A stretch of 64,000 nt of DNA from an uncultured Alphaproteobacteria bacterium (GTDB taxonomy: Bacteria; Pseudomonadota; Alphaproteobacteria; Methylaequorales; Methylaequoraceae), in the NCBI GenBank assembly GCA_964484795.1, contig CAZAFN010000005.1, positions 273 through 64,272 of the forward strand, read 5' to 3'. The notes under the pieces were generated by a model. The model did no database searches. It was not told the origin of the DNA and saw only the letters and a program-made list of their open reading frames with translations. Positions 29,142-39,607 of the stretch are shown here, piece after piece. Every line of letters begins with the position of its first letter. Within the stretch, counting starts at the first letter, position 1. A program made the position numbers and the translations under genes.

Positions 29142-31054
29142 TCTCCGAGGTTGGACTTTTCTTTATCATTTTGTCAATGATTACATCAAGTTTAAGTTTT
29201 CTAATTCCTATACTTGGGTATAGTGAAAAATTATCGGAAAAACTTAAATTTCAAGAAAAGATTTCAGAATGCATTTTTCTTTTTACATTATTGTCCTTTA
29301 TTTGTTTGTCATATTCATTTTTAATATCAGATTTTTCATTAATTGTAATTTCAAGTAATTCTAATAGCCAGTTACCTTTAATTTATAAATTTACTGGCGT
29401 TTGGGGAAATCATGAAGGTTCAATCCTTTTATGGTTGTTGGTAATGACTTTTTTTGGATTTTTTTTCTCAAAGCATAAGATGATGGATTTGAAATTTAAG
29501 AAAGACGTACTAAAAATCCAAAGTTCACTTTGCTTTCTAGTTAGTTTGTTTGTTGTTCTAACTTCTAACCCCTTTGAAAAAAATTTTCCACCAGCAATTG
29601 AAGGTGCAGATCTTAACCCACTACTTCAAGACCCTGGTTTAGCTATTCATCCTCCTTTTTTATATTTAGGTTACGTAGGTTTTTCGATAGTTTATTCAAT
29701 CGCTCTCGGTGCTTTGTTATCCAAAAACAGAAATCTGCAATTCATTGAAATTTTAAAACCTTGGGTTTTCATTTCGTGGGTTTCATTAAATTGTGGTATT
29801 GGGCGTCGTAGTTTGGGGGGCTTCTTAGTGTTTCGCGGGGGAGGGTTTTGGTTTTGGGATCCAGTTGAAAATGCATCTCTACTTCCTTGGTTAACTTCAT
29901 CAGCGTTATTACATACAATAGTGATGGCAGAGAAGAAAAAAAAATTTCTCAATTGGACATTGATACTATCTATCATCACTTTTTTGTTAAGCCTGCTTGG
30001 AACATTTTTAGTAAGATCAGGAGTCTTGGTTTCAGTACATGCATTCGCTAATGATCCCACACGAGGGGTATTTATTCTTATTTTATTATCATTAATATCA
30101 GGGTTTGGGCTGTACTTGTTTTTAAAAAAACATCATATTTTTTCTTTAAATAATGAAATAAATTTGATCTCTAGAGAAGGGGCAATTTCTTTAAATAATA
30201 TTTTTATGCTTTCAATAAGTTTCACAATTTTGCTAGGCACTATTTATCCGTTATTTGCAAATGTGTTTTTTAATACTAAGATTTCTGTTGGAGCACCATT
30301 TTTCAATTCGGTTTTAAGTCCAATTCTAATCCCGATGGTTTTAGGCATGATATTTGGACCGTATCTCAAATGGGGGAAAGATGATATTAAAAAATTATTA
30401 AACAGACTGAAAACATTACTATTAATTTTTTTGATTCTTTCCATATTTGTGTGGTACTTAAATTATAAAGGACCGGTCATATCATTGGTTTTTTTTATTC
30501 TGGCTGTCTGGATAATTGCTAGCTCATTTTTTGAATTTTTTAATGTTTTAAATTCCAACATTAAAAAAAAAATTCCTCTTAAGGTTCTAGCTCAAATAAC
30601 AGCCCATATAGGAGTCGGTTTGCTAATGATTGGAGCAACCGGAAGCTCGATTTTGAAAGAAGAAAGAATTCAATTTCAAAATCTTGGAGAAATTGTAAAT
30701 ATAAAAAAATTTCAAGTTAAATTCCTAGGAATTAAAGATACAGAAGGCCCAAATTATCTTAGTCAAATGGGATTCTTCGAAATATCAAAAGATAATGTGA
30801 AGTTAAAAATACTTAAGCCTGAAAAAAGGTTCTATAATGCGAACAAACAAGTGACAACAGAAGCAGCTATACATTCGACAATTTTAGGGGATCTTTATAT
30901 AGCTATTGGTGACAAAAGTTCATCTACTGATTCGGATGCTTGGACCACTAGAATCTGGTTCAATCCTTTTACTATTTGGATTTGGATTGGAGTCGGTTTT
31001 TTAGTTTTTGGTGGAGGAATTTCACTAATAAATAGCTTGAAATTTAGAAAATGA
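29138..31054 (+). CDS. ccmF: Cytochrome c-type biogenesis protein CcmF (heme lyase component)
   Basis: 638 aa, polytopic. WWD-type block FRGGGFWFWDPVENASLLPWL. Confidence 0.9.
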   Translation: MISEVGLFFIILSMITSSLSFLIPILGYSEKLSEKLKFQEKISECIFLFTLLSFICLSYSFLISDFSLIVISSNSNSQLPLIYKFTGVWGNHEGSILLWLLVMTFFGFFFSKHKMMDLKFKKDVLKIQSSLCFLVSLFVVLTSNPFEKNFPPAIEGADLNPLLQDPGLAIHPPFLYLGYVGFSIVYSIALGALLSKNRNLQFIEILKPWVFISWVSLNCGIGRRSLGGFLVFRGGGFWFWDPVENASLLPWLTSSALLHTIVMAEKKKKFLNWTLILSIITFLLSLLGTFLVRSGVLVSVHAFANDPTRGVFILILLSLISGFGLYLFLKKHHIFSLNNEINLISREGAISLNNIFMLSISFTILLGTIYPLFANVFFNTKISVGAPFFNSVLSPILIPMVLGMIFGPYLKWGKDDIKKLLNRLKTLLLIFLILSIFVWYLNYKGPVISLVFFILAVWIIASSFFEFFNVLNSNIKKKIPLKVLAQITAHIGVGLLMIGATGSSILKEERIQFQNLGEIVNIKKFQVKFLGIKDTEGPNYLSQMGFFEISKDNVKLKILKPEKRFYNANKQVTTEAAIHSTILGDLYIAIGDKSSSTDSDAWTTRIWFNPFTIWIWIGVGFLVFGGGISLINSLKFRK

Positions 31055-31566
31055 AATACTCCATACTGATAACATCCTTATTATTAATCTTTTTTATTTT
31101 TTTTGTTGGGTTGAAAAAAGATCCTTCAATCATTCCGTCTAATTTAATTTCTCAAAAAGTTACTAAATTTCATTTGGAGCCTATGCAGGATTTTCCTCTA
31201 TTTTCATTTGGTGATTTGTTAGAAAAAAAGGAAAAAATTAAGATAGTAAACTTTTTTGCTTCTTGGTGTCCACCCTGCAAGATAGAGCATCCTCAGTTGA
31301 TTAAACTTGGTGAAGAACATAATGTTTATGGAATTGCAAAAAAAGATAATGAAAAAAATCTTGCCGGATGGTTGGATAAACTAGGGAATCCTTTCAAAAA
31401 AATTGGGTTAGATAAGGATGGTCTAGTTAGCATAGAATGGGGCGTTTATGGTTTGCCAGAAACCTTCATAATAGATAAAGATGGAATAATTCGATACAAG
31501 CATATTGGTCCAATTCTTAAAAATGATATTAAGAATTTGCAGCTAATGATAGAAGGTTTAGAATGA
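31051..31566 (+). CDS. ccmG: Thiol:disulfide interchange protein CcmG/DsbE
   Basis: Thioredoxin fold with WCPPCK. Confidence 0.9.
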   Translation: MKYSILITSLLLIFFIFFVGLKKDPSIIPSNLISQKVTKFHLEPMQDFPLFSFGDLLEKKEKIKIVNFFASWCPPCKIEHPQLIKLGEEHNVYGIAKKDNEKNLAGWLDKLGNPFKKIGLDKDGLVSIEWGVYGLPETFIIDKDGIIRYKHIGPILKNDIKNLQLMIEGLE

Positions 31567-31949
31567 GATTATTTTCTTTTTTTATGTTTTTTTTTATTTC
31601 CATTTCAACCATAATTCCTGCCATAGAACCAGACGAGAAACTAAACGATCCAGAGCTTGAAAAAACTGCCAGGCATATAAGCAAACAACTAAGATGCCTT
31701 GTTTGTCAGAATGAAGATATTGATAGTTCAAATGCAGATATTGCAAAAGATTTGAGGCTGCTAATTAGAAACAAATTACTTGAGGGAAAATCAAAAAAAG
31801 AAATCATTGACTATGTCCATTCAAGATATGGCGACTTTATCCTTTTTTCACCTCCATTTAGGCGTGATACAATTGGACTTTGGGTTTTACCAATAAGTTT
31901 CCTTATCCTATTATCTTATTTATTCTTCAGAAAAAAAAATAAAAAATGA
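31563..31949 (+). CDS. ccmH: Cytochrome c-type biogenesis protein CcmH/CycL
   Basis: LRCLVCQNEDIDSSNA (LRCxxC) and a C-terminal TM. Confidence 0.85.
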   Translation: MRLFSFFMFFFISISTIIPAIEPDEKLNDPELEKTARHISKQLRCLVCQNEDIDSSNADIAKDLRLLIRNKLLEGKSKKEIIDYVHSRYGDFILFSPPFRRDTIGLWVLPISFLILLSYLFFRKKNKK

Positions 31950-32575
31950 TTTTTTTCATAATAATAACAATACTGACTGTATCATCTTGTGCTTATTATT
32001 TCTTTAGTCCTAGGAAAGAAGTAAAAAAATTTTTTATAATTTTTCTTTTTCTTTCTTCATCAAGCTTCCTCTTATATTTTTTTAAGGGAAATAAAGAATC
32101 ATTTTTTTTTGCTGAGAATCTTAAAAAAGAAATTGATACACTAATTACAAACTCAGATAGTTTGGATAATTTTGATCCAACAAAAATAGTACTTTTTTTA
32201 GAAAATAAATTAAAAGAAGAGCCCAATGATCTTGAAGGATGGATGATTTTAGCAAGAACCTGCTTAATGACAGGGCATACTCAGAAAGCAGATTTCCATT
32301 ACAAAAATGGACTTAAATATTTTCCAAATGACGAAGACCTTCTTTATGAATATGCAATGTTGAAAAAAAATACCAATCAATTCTCTAGTGCTATAAAATA
32401 TCTTGAAAAAATAAAAAAAATTAATCCGCAAAATATTAACTCAAGAAAAGCATTAGTAGAGATTCTAATTCAAACCAAACAAAGTGAAAGAGCAAATAAT
32501 GAATTTTTAGAAATTAAAGAATTAGAAGATATCAGTTCAATTTGGTTAAAAAAAAAATTGGAAGATCTAGACTAA
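31946..32575 (+). CDS. ccmI: Cytochrome c-type biogenesis protein CcmI/CycH-like (TPR)
   Basis: Two N-terminal TM segments, then a TPR-like region. Position at the end of the ccm operon. Confidence 0.55.
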   Translation: MIFFIIITILTVSSCAYYFFSPRKEVKKFFIIFLFLSSSSFLLYFFKGNKESFFFAENLKKEIDTLITNSDSLDNFDPTKIVLFLENKLKEEPNDLEGWMILARTCLMTGHTQKADFHYKNGLKYFPNDEDLLYEYAMLKKNTNQFSSAIKYLEKIKKINPQNINSRKALVEILIQTKQSERANNEFLEIKELEDISSIWLKKKLEDLD

Positions 32576-33462
32576 AAAAACTCTAATCTATTATCTTTTT
32601 CAATTTTATTTTCAATGTGAAAAAAATCAATTAACTCTTTCGTTTGATCTGAAATATTAAATTTTTTCTTACCTAACCTTTTAACAGGCATTATTTTGAT
32701 GACAGAATTGGTGAGAAACATTTCATCATATTTTTCCAAATTTTTCTTATTCACATTTGTAATTTTTATATCATCAAAGAAAAGTCTTGCTTTCTCAATT
32801 ACAACCTTTCTCATAATACCATCAATTCCAGAACCCTTTATTGGTGGAGTATGCAAAGTTTTATTCTTTACAAAGAAAATGTTTGTCATAGTTCCTTCTA
32901 TCAAATTTGATTTGTAATCAAGAAAAACACCTTCAAAGAAACCTTCATTCCACTCTGCCCTTGCCATTACAGAATCAAGCCTATTTAAATGTTTTAAACC
33001 AAAAAGCTCTCTATTTTGAGACAATGAACTCTTACAGTATCTTACTGTAGCACCTCTTTCATAAAGTCTTTCATCTATTACAGGTTTTGGAAACACTAGA
33101 AAAATAACTGTGGACATCATTTTCTTCTCAAATTTGTATCCTCTACCACCTACTCCTCTGGTAACAATTATTTTTAATATCCCCTCACTTAAACCTTCTA
33201 AGTGGGCTTTAAATAATATTTTTTTTCTATACCTTGCTAACAATTTTGAATTTGGAAGATTTATCTTAGTCAATTTACAACTAGTTTTAATTCTTCTTAA
33301 ATGTCTCTTCCAGAATTCCACGCCGAACAAATGTTTATCTTTTTTGTTTCCAAATTGCCAAATCATAGTCTCAAAAAAGCCATCACCATACGATAAACCT
33401 CTATCCAAAACTGAAATTGAGTCTTTAAACTCTCCATTTATTAAAGATATACATTTATTCAT
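32572..33462 (-). CDS. pabC: Class IV aminotransferase-fold protein, probably aminodeoxychorismate lyase
   Basis: Class IV PLP fold blocks (FETMxW..., RG..GG...). It overlaps pabB by 4 nt. Confidence 0.55.
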   Translation of the reverse strand: MNKCISLINGEFKDSISVLDRGLSYGDGFFETMIWQFGNKKDKHLFGVEFWKRHLRRIKTSCKLTKINLPNSKLLARYRKKILFKAHLEGLSEGILKIIVTRGVGGRGYKFEKKMMSTVIFLVFPKPVIDERLYERGATVRYCKSSLSQNRELFGLKHLNRLDSVMARAEWNEGFFEGVFLDYKSNLIEGTMTNIFFVKNKTLHTPPIKGSGIDGIMRKVVIEKARLFFDDIKITNVNKKNLEKYDEMFLTNSVIKIMPVKRLGKKKFNISDQTKELIDFFHIENKIEKDNRLEFF

Positions 33463-34880
33463 TTTTTAAACGACCCAATTGCCTTAAGCATACCATTAGC
33501 TTTTGCCTCCGTTTCAAGCGTTTCATTTTCAGGAATTGAATCGGCTACAATTCCTCCGCCAGCTCTAAAAAAAAGATTATTGTCCTCTTTTAAAATTGAC
33601 CTAATTAAAATATTTATGTCCATATTTCCAGAATGAGTTACATATCCCATAGAGCCAGTATAAGGGCCTCTACCAACTTTTTCTAAATCACCCAAAATTT
33701 CCATACATCTCACTTTTGGACAACCAGTAATTGTACCACCTGGAAAAACAGCTGAAATTATTTTTCCTGGTGTTGACTTTTTCATCTTTTCTCCTCGAAT
33801 ATTTGACACAATATGGTGAACATGGGCATAAGATTCAATTATCATCATTTCATCTACTTCTACTGTACCTGGTTTACACACCCTTGAAATGTCATTCCTT
33901 TCCAAATCAACTAACATAAGGTGTTCTGCCTTCTCTTTATCAGAATTAATTAATTCCTTGGAAAGTTCTATATCTAATAACCCAGAGCCTCCTCGAGGCC
34001 TGGTGCCAGCAATTGGTCTTGTCTGAAGTAAATTACCCTCAACTGAAACCAACCTTTCTGGTGATGAACTAATAATACTACTATTTTCATAAATCACTAA
34101 ACCTGAAAAAGGTGAAGGGTTTTTCTTTCTTAATTGTCTATAAATATCAAAATCACTTAGATTATCATTAGCTCTAAATTTCCACAATCTTGACAAATTA
34201 GCCTGGAAAATCTCTCCTTGATAAATATAATCAATGCATGCCCTAACCTGTTCTTGATGTTCTTCAGATGTATCTTTAAATAATATCTCGACTGAACCTG
34301 AAGAATTATTTGATTTTTTTGAATCATAAATTTTAAACAAATCATTTTGCATGTCATCAAAATCATCTGCAAAAGAATCAAATTTGTCAGAAGTAAAGTA
34401 GATTTCTCTATCTATGTGATCATAAATTATTGATGAGTTAATTCTAGCAGCAAATGCAGTTGGCAAATAAAAAGGAGATTCTGGAATTTTAAGTTTTTCC
34501 TCAATTTCCTTCGCAATTTCGTAACCTAAATAAACAAACCATCCGCCACAAAATGGAATTTTCTTTTCACCTAAAAAAGTTTTATCTTGAAATATTTTTT
34601 CTTTTTCCCACAACTTATCGAACTTCTCTAAAAAATTAATTTCTTCAAAACTGTTTTTTTTTAGTAGTATTTTTGGTTTATAAAAAAGTATGGAATATCT
34701 ATTTTTGGTATTTCCTCTAGATGAACTTTCAAGTAGAAATGGATATTTCTCTCTATTTGATTCTTGAAGTTCTAAAATATCAAAATTCTGGTTTTTCTTT
34801 AATTTGAGAAATCTTGCTCTCCAACCTTTCCCATTAATATCTTTAAATAAAAAATTCATATAAACCTTGAAGTTAGACAA
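33459..34880 (-). CDS. pabB: Aminodeoxychorismate synthase component I (chorismate-binding enzyme)
   Basis: Chorismate-binding C-terminal domain ...[15 protein letters not shown]...[20 protein letters not shown]. Coupled to a class IV aminotransferase. Confidence 0.7.
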   Translation of the reverse strand: MSNFKVYMNFLFKDINGKGWRARFLKLKKNQNFDILELQESNREKYPFLLESSSRGNTKNRYSILFYKPKILLKKNSFEEINFLEKFDKLWEKEKIFQDKTFLGEKKIPFCGGWFVYLGYEIAKEIEEKLKIPESPFYLPTAFAARINSSIIYDHIDREIYFTSDKFDSFADDFDDMQNDLFKIYDSKKSNNSSGSVEILFKDTSEEHQEQVRACIDYIYQGEIFQANLSRLWKFRANDNLSDFDIYRQLRKKNPSPFSGLVIYENSSIISSSPERLVSVEGNLLQTRPIAGTRPRGGSGLLDIELSKELINSDKEKAEHLMLVDLERNDISRVCKPGTVEVDEMMIIESYAHVHHIVSNIRGEKMKKSTPGKIISAVFPGGTITGCPKVRCMEILGDLEKVGRGPYTGSMGYVTHSGNMDINILIRSILKEDNNLFFRAGGGIVADSIPENETLETEAKANGMLKAIGSFKK

Positions 34881-34894
34881 GGGAAGAATTCACT

Positions 34895-35299
34895 TTAATC
34901 TTTTTTTTCCGACAAAGAAGTCATAACATTCAGATTTCTCCAGAAATCCTCACTTTTGGCATTTATGTCACTTAAACGAATTAACAGGCTCCTCAAAATC
35001 GCTCTAATTACCGGATCTGCAGCTTGAATCTTTTGCTTTAATGTTTTTTCACTAATTGGATATACAATACAATTAGTTGCGGCTTCAGCAGTAACCGACC
35101 TTGATTCTTCCAAAGAAGGGCCCCGTTCACCAAAGATCTCTCCTTCACCTATTTGACCCAACAACAAACCACCTGGACTAAAAATATTCACTTTTCCAGT
35201 ATGAACATAATAAGCAAAATGAGCTGAATCACCTCTAGAATAAATTTCTTTACCTTTATTGAATTTTAGTTGGTTAAGACCAAATTTTGAAGTCTGCAT
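34895..35299 (-). CDS. Stand-alone cyclic-nucleotide-binding domain protein
   Basis: cNMP-binding beta-roll GEGEIFGE...R..T.A.A. 134 aa with no DNA-binding or effector domain. Confidence 0.6.
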   Translation of the reverse strand: MQTSKFGLNQLKFNKGKEIYSRGDSAHFAYYVHTGKVNIFSPGGLLLGQIGEGEIFGERGPSLEESRSVTAEAATNCIVYPISEKTLKQKIQAADPVIRAILRSLLIRLSDINAKSEDFWRNLNVMTSLSEKKD

Positions 35300-35306
35300 A
35301 ATAACC

Positions 35307-36677
35307 CTAAATACTGTTAAAAGATTGTCTTCTTTTTAAATATCTAGCTGAAAATTTATTCTTCGATAAAATCAATCTTCCAAAAAAACTCTTATCACCA
35401 AAATCGTAAGCGTAACAGGGTTGAGATTGAATGTTTATTTTTTTTAAATTTAAAGCCTTCTCCAGTATAACGTTTATTTTATCTAATACAATTTTCTCCA
35501 TAATTGATTGGTAAAATATTTTTTCCTTAATTAAATATACTGGTATTTTGGCACTCGCGAGCTGCTTGATAAGTTCAAAAAAAACATTGGAGACAAATTT
35601 CGACCAATCAACAAAATAGCCTTTAAAAAAAAATTTTGAAATTGAATAGTTTGTTTTAATGAAACGATCAATGAAATCCTTTGAATTAGATCCTAAAATT
35701 TCAAAATCCATCCCAATTTTTCTTTTGTCATTATTAATGGATCTATAAAAACTATCTGCCTTGCTTGAATGCAAACCCTTTAGAATTAAATGAATCTTTT
35801 GGTCCACATTTAATCCCTTATAATTAGGATTTAAATCTAAATTAATCTTTGTCTCAAATTTTTGTGATAAAAATATAGAAAAGAAATCAAGCAGGTCTAT
35901 ATGATTCGTTTTTTCGTGGTTAATTATAAAATGTCTTTTAAAATTGTTAATGGAATGAATGTCTAATTTGTTCCACCAGGAACCCTTAAATTCTCCAGAA
36001 GAATTTATGGCCTCAGTAAAAATATAATCTGTTGTTGAGTTTGTATCCGCAATTGCCACCCTTCTATTATCCCCTCTTATAATGAATTTTTTTTCAATAC
36101 TTGGGATGTCAAAGAAAGTTTTTAAAATCAAATCGTTATAACAAACTATAATATCCCTAATTTCATGGGTTTTAAAATTATCGGAATATTCAATTAATTC
36201 TTTGTTTTTGTTAGATATCAGTAAATACTCTCTTTTCAAATGATTGACTTTCCATCCTGGTATTTTTCTAATTTTATTAAAATGTTCTCTAAGAACTTCT
36301 GAAGCTCTTATTCTTGTTAGTCTGCTTATCCTTCTTTTAGAATCATAAAACCCAGGAAAAAAATCTATCAGACCTTCCGCATGCAAATGTCTTACGGCTC
36401 TTATAGTATATGACGAGATTTTATTAGGATTATATCTGGAATTTGCTCTATAACCCCTCTTCGACATAGAAACCTTTAGAAATTGGTCTTCACTCTCGTT
36501 CCAACAATAATACAACTCAATTAATAGTAACTTCAAATGCCGCAACAATAAAACGTCGTTTTTGCACTTACCTATTAAAATATTAAAAGTATCTGAGAAA
36601 TTATTAAGATTCAGGTCTTTTTGAAAATCTAATGAACGACTAAAATTAAAATCTAATTTATCACTATCATTTTTCAT
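35307..36677 (-). CDS. Hypothetical protein, 456 aa
   Basis: No motif recognised; Lys/Asn-rich. It sits 8 nt upstream of the cNMP-binding ORF on the same strand. Confidence 0.45.
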   Translation of the reverse strand: MKNDSDKLDFNFSRSLDFQKDLNLNNFSDTFNILIGKCKNDVLLLRHLKLLLIELYYCWNESEDQFLKVSMSKRGYRANSRYNPNKISSYTIRAVRHLHAEGLIDFFPGFYDSKRRISRLTRIRASEVLREHFNKIRKIPGWKVNHLKREYLLISNKNKELIEYSDNFKTHEIRDIIVCYNDLILKTFFDIPSIEKKFIIRGDNRRVAIADTNSTTDYIFTEAINSSGEFKGSWWNKLDIHSINNFKRHFIINHEKTNHIDLLDFFSIFLSQKFETKINLDLNPNYKGLNVDQKIHLILKGLHSSKADSFYRSINNDKRKIGMDFEILGSNSKDFIDRFIKTNYSISKFFFKGYFVDWSKFVSNVFFELIKQLASAKIPVYLIKEKIFYQSIMEKIVLDKINVILEKALNLKKINIQSQPCYAYDFGDKSFFGRLILSKNKFSARYLKRRQSFNSI

Positions 36678-36702
36678 ACTATAAAATTATAGTTCTACCA
36701 TT

Positions 36703-36990
36703 ATGTATTTTTTATATTTTCTTGCTAGTATTATCACTCAAATTTTATCAATATACAAATGGACTGTTATATTTTATGTCATATTAAATATGTTAATATC
36801 TTTTGGGGTAATTAATGATAGTAACAAGTTCATCTCTGTGATTATGGATTTTTTTTTTAAACTGGTAGAACCTGCTCTAAACTTCATCCGAAGGTTCATA
36901 CCTAACTTTGGAGCCATAGATATTTCACCTGTAATATTGATAATAATTATTGTAGCCATTCAAGAAGTAATGGGAAGGTATGGGTTTTAA
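36703..36990 (+). CDS. YggT-family membrane protein
   Basis: [26 protein letters not shown], characteristic of YggT/Ycf19. Confidence 0.7.
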   Translation: MYFLYFLASIITQILSIYKWTVIFYVILNMLISFGVINDSNKFISVIMDFFFKLVEPALNFIRRFIPNFGAIDISPVILIIIIVAIQEVMGRYGF

Positions 36991-36992
36991 AT

Positions 36993-37892
36993 ATGAATGA
37001 AAAAAAAATTATCGACGGCAAGTCTATTGCAGCTGAAATTAGATCAAAAATTAAAACTCACGGTGGAAAATTAATAAAAAGATCAGAACGAATTCCTGGT
37101 CTTGCTGTTGTCTTGGTTGGAGAAAATCCAGCTAGTAAGGTATATGTTAGAAATAAAATTGAACAGACTAAGGAAGTTGGGTTTAATTCAATCGAACACA
37201 AGTTAGATGAAAATGTAACTGAACAAGAACTTCTTAATTTGGTAAATAAATTAAATGGGGACAATGATGTTCAAGGAATTTTAGTTCAATTACCACTTCC
37301 AAAACACATCAATGCTGACAAAGTTCTTGACACAATTACCCCAATCAAAGATGTTGATGGTTTTCATGCACAAAATGTTGGAAAACTTTGGTCGGGATTA
37401 AATTCTTTGGTTCCATGCACACCTCTTGGGTGTAGCATTCTTTTAAAAAGAATTACACCAGATTTATCTGGGAAAAACGCACTTATAGTTGGTAGATCTA
37501 ATATCGTTGGAAAACCGATGGCAGCCTTGCTTTTGGGAATGAATGCGACTGTAACCATAGCTCACTCAAGAACTAAGGAAATTGAAAAATTAGCCAAAAA
37601 TGCTGACGTTTTAATCGCTGCTGTTGGAATACCAGAGATGGTAAAAGGAAATTGGGTAAAAAAGAATGCCGTTGTAATAGATGTAGGAATCAACAGAATT
37701 GAAAGGAATGGGAAGAAAATTCTTGTTGGTGATGTTGACTTTGCAACAGCCTCTCAACAAGCAGGAAGAATCACGCCTGTTCCAGGAGGAGTGGGACCAA
37801 TGACAATTGCTTGTCTATTATTAAATACCCTTTTTACCTCATATCAACAGTTTGGGGAAAGTCCTGTAGATCTAACTTCTATCCTTGAGTAA
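36993..37892 (+). CDS. folD: Bifunctional methylenetetrahydrofolate dehydrogenase/cyclohydrolase
   Basis: [12 protein letters not shown]..., [51 protein letters not shown]. Confidence 0.95.
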   Translation: MNEKKIIDGKSIAAEIRSKIKTHGGKLIKRSERIPGLAVVLVGENPASKVYVRNKIEQTKEVGFNSIEHKLDENVTEQELLNLVNKLNGDNDVQGILVQLPLPKHINADKVLDTITPIKDVDGFHAQNVGKLWSGLNSLVPCTPLGCSILLKRITPDLSGKNALIVGRSNIVGKPMAALLLGMNATVTIAHSRTKEIEKLAKNADVLIAAVGIPEMVKGNWVKKNAVVIDVGINRIERNGKKILVGDVDFATASQQAGRITPVPGGVGPMTIACLLLNTLFTSYQQFGESPVDLTSILE

Positions 37893-39080
37893 TTTTAGTC
37901 TGAGAGCATTGAGTTTTATAAACCCATCAGCATCATTTTGATCGTAAACCTGATCTTTTTCAAAAGTTGCCATCTGACTTGAATATAAACTATTACTAGA
38001 TTTTCTACCTAGAACTATTACATTTCCTTTGTAGATTCTTAGCTTAACCTCTCCATTAACTTCTTTTTGACTATCATCGATTAACGACTGTAACATTTTT
38101 CTTTCGGGAGAAAACCAAAGACCGTTATATATCAATTCTGAATATTTTGGCATAATTTCGTCTTTTAAATGGGCGGCACCTTTATCTAAGGTTAAACTCT
38201 CAATTGCTCTTCTTGCAATCAGTAATATATGGCCTCCTGGCGTTTCATAAACACATCTTGATTTCATTCCTATAAATCTGTTTTCAACAATGTCTATTCT
38301 ACCCACACCATTTTTGCCGCCTATTTCATTTAATTTTCTAAGTAGATTCGATGGAGAAAGTTTCTTATTATTAATTGACAATGGATCTCCTCCTTGAAAT
38401 TTAATAATTATCTCCACAGCCCTATTAGGAGCCTTTTCACAAGAAACAGTCTTAGTAAACATCGACTCATCAGGAATCTTCCATGGATCTTCAAGAACCT
38501 TGCCCTCATATGAAGTATGCAGTAGATTAGAATCCATCGAATATGGTGGTTCATTTAATTTGCTTTGAGGAATTGGAATTTGATTTTTTTTCGCATAATC
38601 AAGCAGGTCTTTTCTTGACTTAATTTTCCATTCTCTCCAAGGTGCTATAACATTTATATTTGGATCATTGGCATAATACCCTAATTCAAATCTAACCTGG
38701 TCATTTCCCTTTCCTGTTGCTCCGTGTGAAACATATTTGGCACCTACTAAATGGGCTATTTCAATTTGTCTTTTAGCTATTAACGGTCTAGCTATTGCCG
38801 TACCAAGTAAATAGTAACCCTCGTACACTGCATTGGCTCTAAACATAGGAAAGACATAATCCTTGGCAAACTCATCACACAAATTGTCAATGAAAATTTT
38901 CTTAACACCAAGTAATTTAGCTTTCTTTTTTGCATCTCCAACTTCAACACCTTGTCCAATATCTGCAGTAAAGGTCACAACCTCAAAATCATATTCCTGT
39001 TGCAACCATTTAAGAATAATTGATGTATCTAAACCGCCTGAAAAGGCAAGAACTACTTTATTTTTTTTTGCAGACTTCAT
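37872..39080 (-). CDS. argG: Argininosuccinate synthase
   Basis: [18 protein letters not shown]-loop and ArgG blocks throughout. The tracked ATG at 39161 adds 27 non-homologous residues. ATG 39080 ([16 protein letters not shown]) fits ArgG N-termini but still overlaps the upstream ORF by 23 nt. Confidence 0.85.
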   Translation of the reverse strand: MKSAKKNKVVLAFSGGLDTSIILKWLQQEYDFEVVTFTADIGQGVEVGDAKKKAKLLGVKKIFIDNLCDEFAKDYVFPMFRANAVYEGYYLLGTAIARPLIAKRQIEIAHLVGAKYVSHGATGKGNDQVRFELGYYANDPNINVIAPWREWKIKSRKDLLDYAKKNQIPIPQSKLNEPPYSMDSNLLHTSYEGKVLEDPWKIPDESMFTKTVSCEKAPNRAVEIIIKFQGGDPLSINNKKLSPSNLLRKLNEIGGKNGVGRIDIVENRFIGMKSRCVYETPGGHILLIARRAIESLTLDKGAAHLKDEIMPKYSELIYNGLWFSPERKMLQSLIDDSQKEVNGEVKLRIYKGNVIVLGRKSSNSLYSSQMATFEKDQVYDQNDADGFIKLNALRLKLLKDRS

Positions 39081-39594
39081 TAATTTTCTGATAAGCCTTG
39101 CTAAAGCCCATAAGTGAATAGGTATCTGTTGTAATTGTTCCTCTGGCTGAAGTTCCAACAATTCTCATTTTCATTGATGATTTAAGTGATTTAATTATTT
39201 TTTCATCATCACTAGGACTAAAGCTCCAAGCGCGTGAACCAGATGTAAATAACTGAAATTTAACATCTCCAATCGTTGCATTTGGATTGCTATCAGCTTT
39301 ATAATTATAGCCAGCAACTATACTAAACTCATTCCACTTATCTTGCCCTGGAAAATGCGTAACAGTAGCAAAAACATCTCCACGTTTCTTATAGTTTCCT
39401 TCAGCTTTTTTTGGTTTGGATATTGCCATACACGCTAGGTTCTTTCCTTCACCTTCGGCATAAGCACTCCAATCATTATATTTAGCTAGTTCTTTAGAAA
39501 ATGAGTATCCGGAGGTTAAAATTATACTTAGAATAAAAATTAACAAAAAAAATAATTTCAGTGAAAATCGTAAAAGCATTATTTTTATTGACAT
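39058..39594 (-). CDS. Invasion-associated locus B (IalB)-family periplasmic protein
   Basis: Signal peptide, then ...[23 protein letters not shown]... and the size of the IalB family. Confidence 0.6.
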   Translation of the reverse strand: MSIKIMLLRFSLKLFFLLIFILSIILTSGYSFSKELAKYNDWSAYAEGEGKNLACMAISKPKKAEGNYKKRGDVFATVTHFPGQDKWNEFSIVAGYNYKADSNPNATIGDVKFQLFTSGSRAWSFSPSDDEKIIKSLKSSMKMRIVGTSARGTITTDTYSLMGFSKAYQKINEVCKKK

Positions 39595-39607
39595 AATTAA
39601 AAGTAAA

